Part shown: piece after piece, positions 59,332-64,000 of the stretch
How the letters are laid out: each line of letters begins with the position of its first letter
Position numbering within the stretch: position 1 is the stretch's first letter
Source: an uncultured Chloroflexia bacterium
Lineage (GTDB): Bacteria > Chloroflexota > Limnocylindria > Limnocylindrales > CSP1-4
Direction: 5' to 3'
Assembly (NCBI GenBank): GCA_963724095.1
Contig: CAVRTH010000005.1
Location: 906,410 to 970,409 of the forward strand
Length of the DNA: 64,000 nt
Translations under genes and position numbers: made by a program
Notes under the pieces: generated by a model
Database searches by the model: none
Told to the model about the DNA's origin: nothing
What the model saw: the letters and a program-made list of their open reading frames with translations, nothing else

Positions 59332-59844
59332 CTAGCGCTGCGAGGATGCGTCGTCTGTGTCCAGGCCGTCCGCGATCGCTCCCATGACGTTCCCGATGAC
59401 CTCCAACTGATCGTCGGAGACCTGGTCGAGAAAGTAACGCTGGATGCCGCGCAGATGGGTGCCGCTGGCCGTCCGCAGTGTCGCCAGCCCCTTGTCGGTG
59501 AGGACAGCCTCCGCGCCACGGCCATCCGAGAGGCACTGGTTGCGGGCCACCAGCCCGTCGGCTTGCAGACGGTCGATGAGGCGGGTGACGCCGCTCCGAC
59601 TGAGGAAGATGCCCATGGCCAAGTCACTCATGCGGAGGCGCCGCCCGGGTGCCTCGGCGAGTTGCAGCAGCGCGGAATAGTCCGCCAGGGACATGCCAGC
59701 CTCGGCGCGAAGGTCGTGGTCGAGCCGGTCGACCAAACGGAAATGGGCAGTGAGGAAGGCGCGCCATGGCCCCAGTCGGGATTCTCCGCCGAGAATCGAC
59801 GTTGCACGCGTCGCCTGCCTCTCGTTCGCTGTGTCGCTGGCCAT
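59332..59844 (-). CDS. MarR-family transcriptional regulator
   Basis: Sequence is LSLADYSALLQLAEAPGRRLRMSDLAMGIFLSRSGVTRLIDRLQADGLVAR....DGRGAEAVLTDKG, a winged helix. Confidence 0.85.
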   Translation of the reverse strand: MASDTANERQATRATSILGGESRLGPWRAFLTAHFRLVDRLDHDLRAEAGMSLADYSALLQLAEAPGRRLRMSDLAMGIFLSRSGVTRLIDRLQADGLVARNQCLSDGRGAEAVLTDKGLATLRTASGTHLRGIQRYFLDQVSDDQLEVIGNVMGAIADGLDTDDASSQR

Positions 59845-59944
59845 GTCGGCATCCTACCTCAACTCGGCATGTGCTTGCGTGCTCAATCATCCAGCATCGG
59901 TGTGACCATGCTTCCTGGAACGGGAGCCGGCGCCGGCGCGACTG

Positions 59945-59964
59945 CGGGCAGCTGCAGCTGCCCG
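59945..59964. repeat. Perfect 20-bp palindrome cgggcagctgcagctgcccg in the marR-rpsT intergenic region
   Basis: Read directly: the first 10 nt are the reverse complement of the last 10. Confidence 0.9.
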
Positions 59965-60137
59965 ATCCGATCCCCATCCTCGGCAGCCGAGCGGGAAGGA
60001 GCAGTTCCGCTGGCGCGGGTGCGCGTCCTGCGTTACCATCAGTCGTCTCGCGGACGCTGGTCGCGTTGCGGCACCCTGTGCCCGTCGACCATCGGGCCGC
60101 GTGGAAGAACACCCAGAGCTGCTGAGGACATATCACT

Positions 60138-60770
60138 TTGGCCCATTCATCGCGGACCTGGACTGGCGCTCGAACGCCCCAGGCCCTCAAGCGCGTCCGT
60201 CAGTCCCATCGCCGCAACGTCATCCTGCAGCCGCGGCGATCCGCCGCCAAGACACAGGTCAAGAACGCGCTCCTCGCGGCCGAGGGCGGGGATGCCGAGG
60301 CCACCCGCAAGGCCGTGGCGGAAGCCGCCGCGGCACTCGATCGTGCCGCCAAGGTCGGCGCTATCCACCCCAACAACGCTGCTCGGCGCAAGAGCCGCCT
60401 GATGCTCCGCGCCAACGCCGCGCTCGGTGGTGAGTCGCTTGCCGCGACCAGCAAGCCGCAGCGCCAGGTCAGCAAGGCTGCCGCTGCGAAGGCTGCCAAG
60501 GCCCGCATCGCTGCCGGCAAGGCGTCCAAGGCCAAGGGCGAGCAGACGGCTGCCGGCAAGGCCCGTGCCGCGCTCACCAAGTCGGCCCGCTCGAGCGACA
60601 CCAAGGCCACGGCTGCCAAGTCGACGAGCACGGAGGCCGCAGCCAAGACCACGACCGCCAAGAAGACGACGGCCAAGTCCTCCGCCAAGAAGACGACGGC
60701 CAAGAAGACGACGGCCAAGTCCTCCGCCAAGAAGACGACGGCCAAGAAGACGACGAAGAAGGCGGACTAG
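60138..60770 (+). CDS. rpsT: 30S ribosomal protein S20 with a ~115-aa Lys/Ala/Thr-rich C-terminal extension
   Basis: The S20 core is ALKRVRQSHRRNVILQPRRSAAKTQVKNAL...LDRAAKVGAIHPNNAARRKSRL. It is followed by an AKAAKARIAAGKASKAKGE...AKKTTAKSSAKKTT... tail. TTG start with GAGGA ~9 nt upstream. Confidence 0.85.
   Translation: MAHSSRTWTGARTPQALKRVRQSHRRNVILQPRRSAAKTQVKNALLAAEGGDAEATRKAVAEAAAALDRAAKVGAIHPNNAARRKSRLMLRANAALGGESLAATSKPQRQVSKAAAAKAAKARIAAGKASKAKGEQTAAGKARAALTKSARSSDTKATAAKSTSTEAAAKTTTAKKTTAKSSAKKTTAKKTTAKSSAKKTTAKKTTKKAD
60657..60755 (+). repeat. Perfect 42-bp tandem duplication plus a partial third unit inside the rpsT tail
   Basis: 60657-60698 is identical to 60699-60740 (gccaagaagacgacggccaagtcctccgccaagaagacgacg, encoding AKKTTAKSSAKKTT). 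60741-60755 repeats the first 15 nt. Confidence 0.9.
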
Positions 60771-60802
60771 GGGCGGACCCCTCACCCGGTTCTCAACAGC
60801 CG

Positions 60803-60841
60803 AAAGCGGCGGCTCGAGTGATCGAGACCGCCGCTTTTTTT
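60803..60841 (+). terminator. Rho-independent terminator after rpsT
   Basis: The stem aaagcggcggctcga pairs with tcgagaccgccgcttt, with one bulge and a short loop. Seven T residues follow. Confidence 0.75.
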
Positions 60842-61008
60842 GTGTCTCTACGAGCCAGGGGCACGGTCCGCCGCCGGAGGCGTCACCGGCCGGGGGCGGG
60901 TGCCGGCGACATTGGGACGCAGCGGGCGAGCTTCGCGATCTGGTCGAGAGCACGCACCGCGTCCCCCTCGCGAGCCGCAGCCCTGATGGGGCGGACTCGC
61001 CGCGAGAG

Positions 61009-61695
61009 TCACTCGGACGCGGCCATGCGTCCGGCGATGTCGGCGGCTGACGGTGGCTCGCGGACGGCACGCCAGCCGGCGGCGACCAGCGCCCCTCCCA
61101 GGGTCATCAGCGTCAACATCAACGTCCACTCGCCGGACGTCTGCCACACGAACGACTCGTACGAGGTGGCGTCGGTGATCCCTTCATCGTCGAGCGCGGC
61201 GCGCCGATCATCATCCTCGATCAACCGCATGTAGGTGCACTCAGGGCCCCTGGAGCAGTCCAGTTGCCCGCCCATCGTCTCGGGCCGGTAGCCAGAGTCG
61301 AGGTAGATGAAGAGCAGCCGTAGCCCAACGTACATCAGGGCCAGGCTGAGGCCGGTGATGGCGCCAGCGAAGCCGGCGTTGGTGAAGAGGCGCCAGCGGG
61401 GACGCCAGCGCAGCGACTTGTTGTTGGCGTAGTAGCCGATGATCAGCCCGGCAAAGGGCGCTGAGATGAACACCAGCGCCTGGATGGCCACCACCAGCTC
61501 GAAGCTGATGGCGATCGTGACGGCCATGCCCAGGCCGACCATGGCGGCGTAGATGGCGCCACGGTCGAGCACCCGACCCTCTCCGGATCGGGTGCTTTCG
61601 GTGGCCTCTTCGTCAAGCCCGGCGTCCTCGACCGGTGCACCGGTCGGATCGACGTTGGGCCCGGCCTCGTCAGTGCGAGGCCCCTGGATGGTCAA
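61009..61695 (-). CDS. Hypothetical membrane protein (4 TM, acidic N-terminus)
   Basis: 228-aa ORF directly downstream of eno. No family assigned. Confidence 0.55.
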   Translation of the reverse strand: MTIQGPRTDEAGPNVDPTGAPVEDAGLDEEATESTRSGEGRVLDRGAIYAAMVGLGMAVTIAISFELVVAIQALVFISAPFAGLIIGYYANNKSLRWRPRWRLFTNAGFAGAITGLSLALMYVGLRLLFIYLDSGYRPETMGGQLDCSRGPECTYMRLIEDDDRRAALDDEGITDATSYESFVWQTSGEWTLMLTLMTLGGALVAAGWRAVREPPSAADIAGRMAASE

Positions 61696-61702
61696 GCGGT
61701 CA

Positions 61703-64000
<2,298 letters not shown>

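Overview
High-GC, gene-dense bacterial chromosomal segment, mostly transcribed on the minus strand. All calls come from reading the sequence and ORF track by hand; no searches or statistics were run.

Backbone: a conserved Gram-positive-style housekeeping order. It runs pgk-eno, rpsT, lepA-hemW, hrcA-grpE-dnaK, dnaJ-prmA, rpsU-yqeY-pgpH-ybeY, pth-mfd.

Other content:
- a complete menaquinone cluster (menF-D-H-B-A-C-E plus menG) behind a TetR gene
- an OmpR-type response regulator and histidine kinase next to an ApbE / ferric-reductase-like cluster
- an ECF sigma / anti-sigma pair
- an ABC-2 exporter, a Cys-type sulfatase, a YcaQ-type glycosylase and a MoxR/VWA pair
- an IS110-family remnant

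No rRNA, tRNA or CRISPR array was seen.

Most unusual observations:
1. Three tandem paralogous ~500-aa GT-A-fold glycosyltransferase-like genes lie directly behind dnaK, in the slot where dnaJ normally sits. Each has an unassigned, fast-diverging C-terminal domain.
2. At least 17 single-base frame breaks occur in strongly conserved genes (lepA, eno, ybeY, hemW, menE, menF, rhaI and others). Assembly indel errors are the simplest explanation, but this needs checking against reads.
3. A truncated IS110 recombinase ORF is fused to a lower-GC tail of unknown origin and appears to have cut a small membrane-protein gene.
4. Ribosomal protein S20 carries a ~115-aa Lys/Ala/Thr tail that includes a perfect 42-bp tandem duplication.

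I did not find a clearly novel multi-gene system. The GT triplet is the best candidate.
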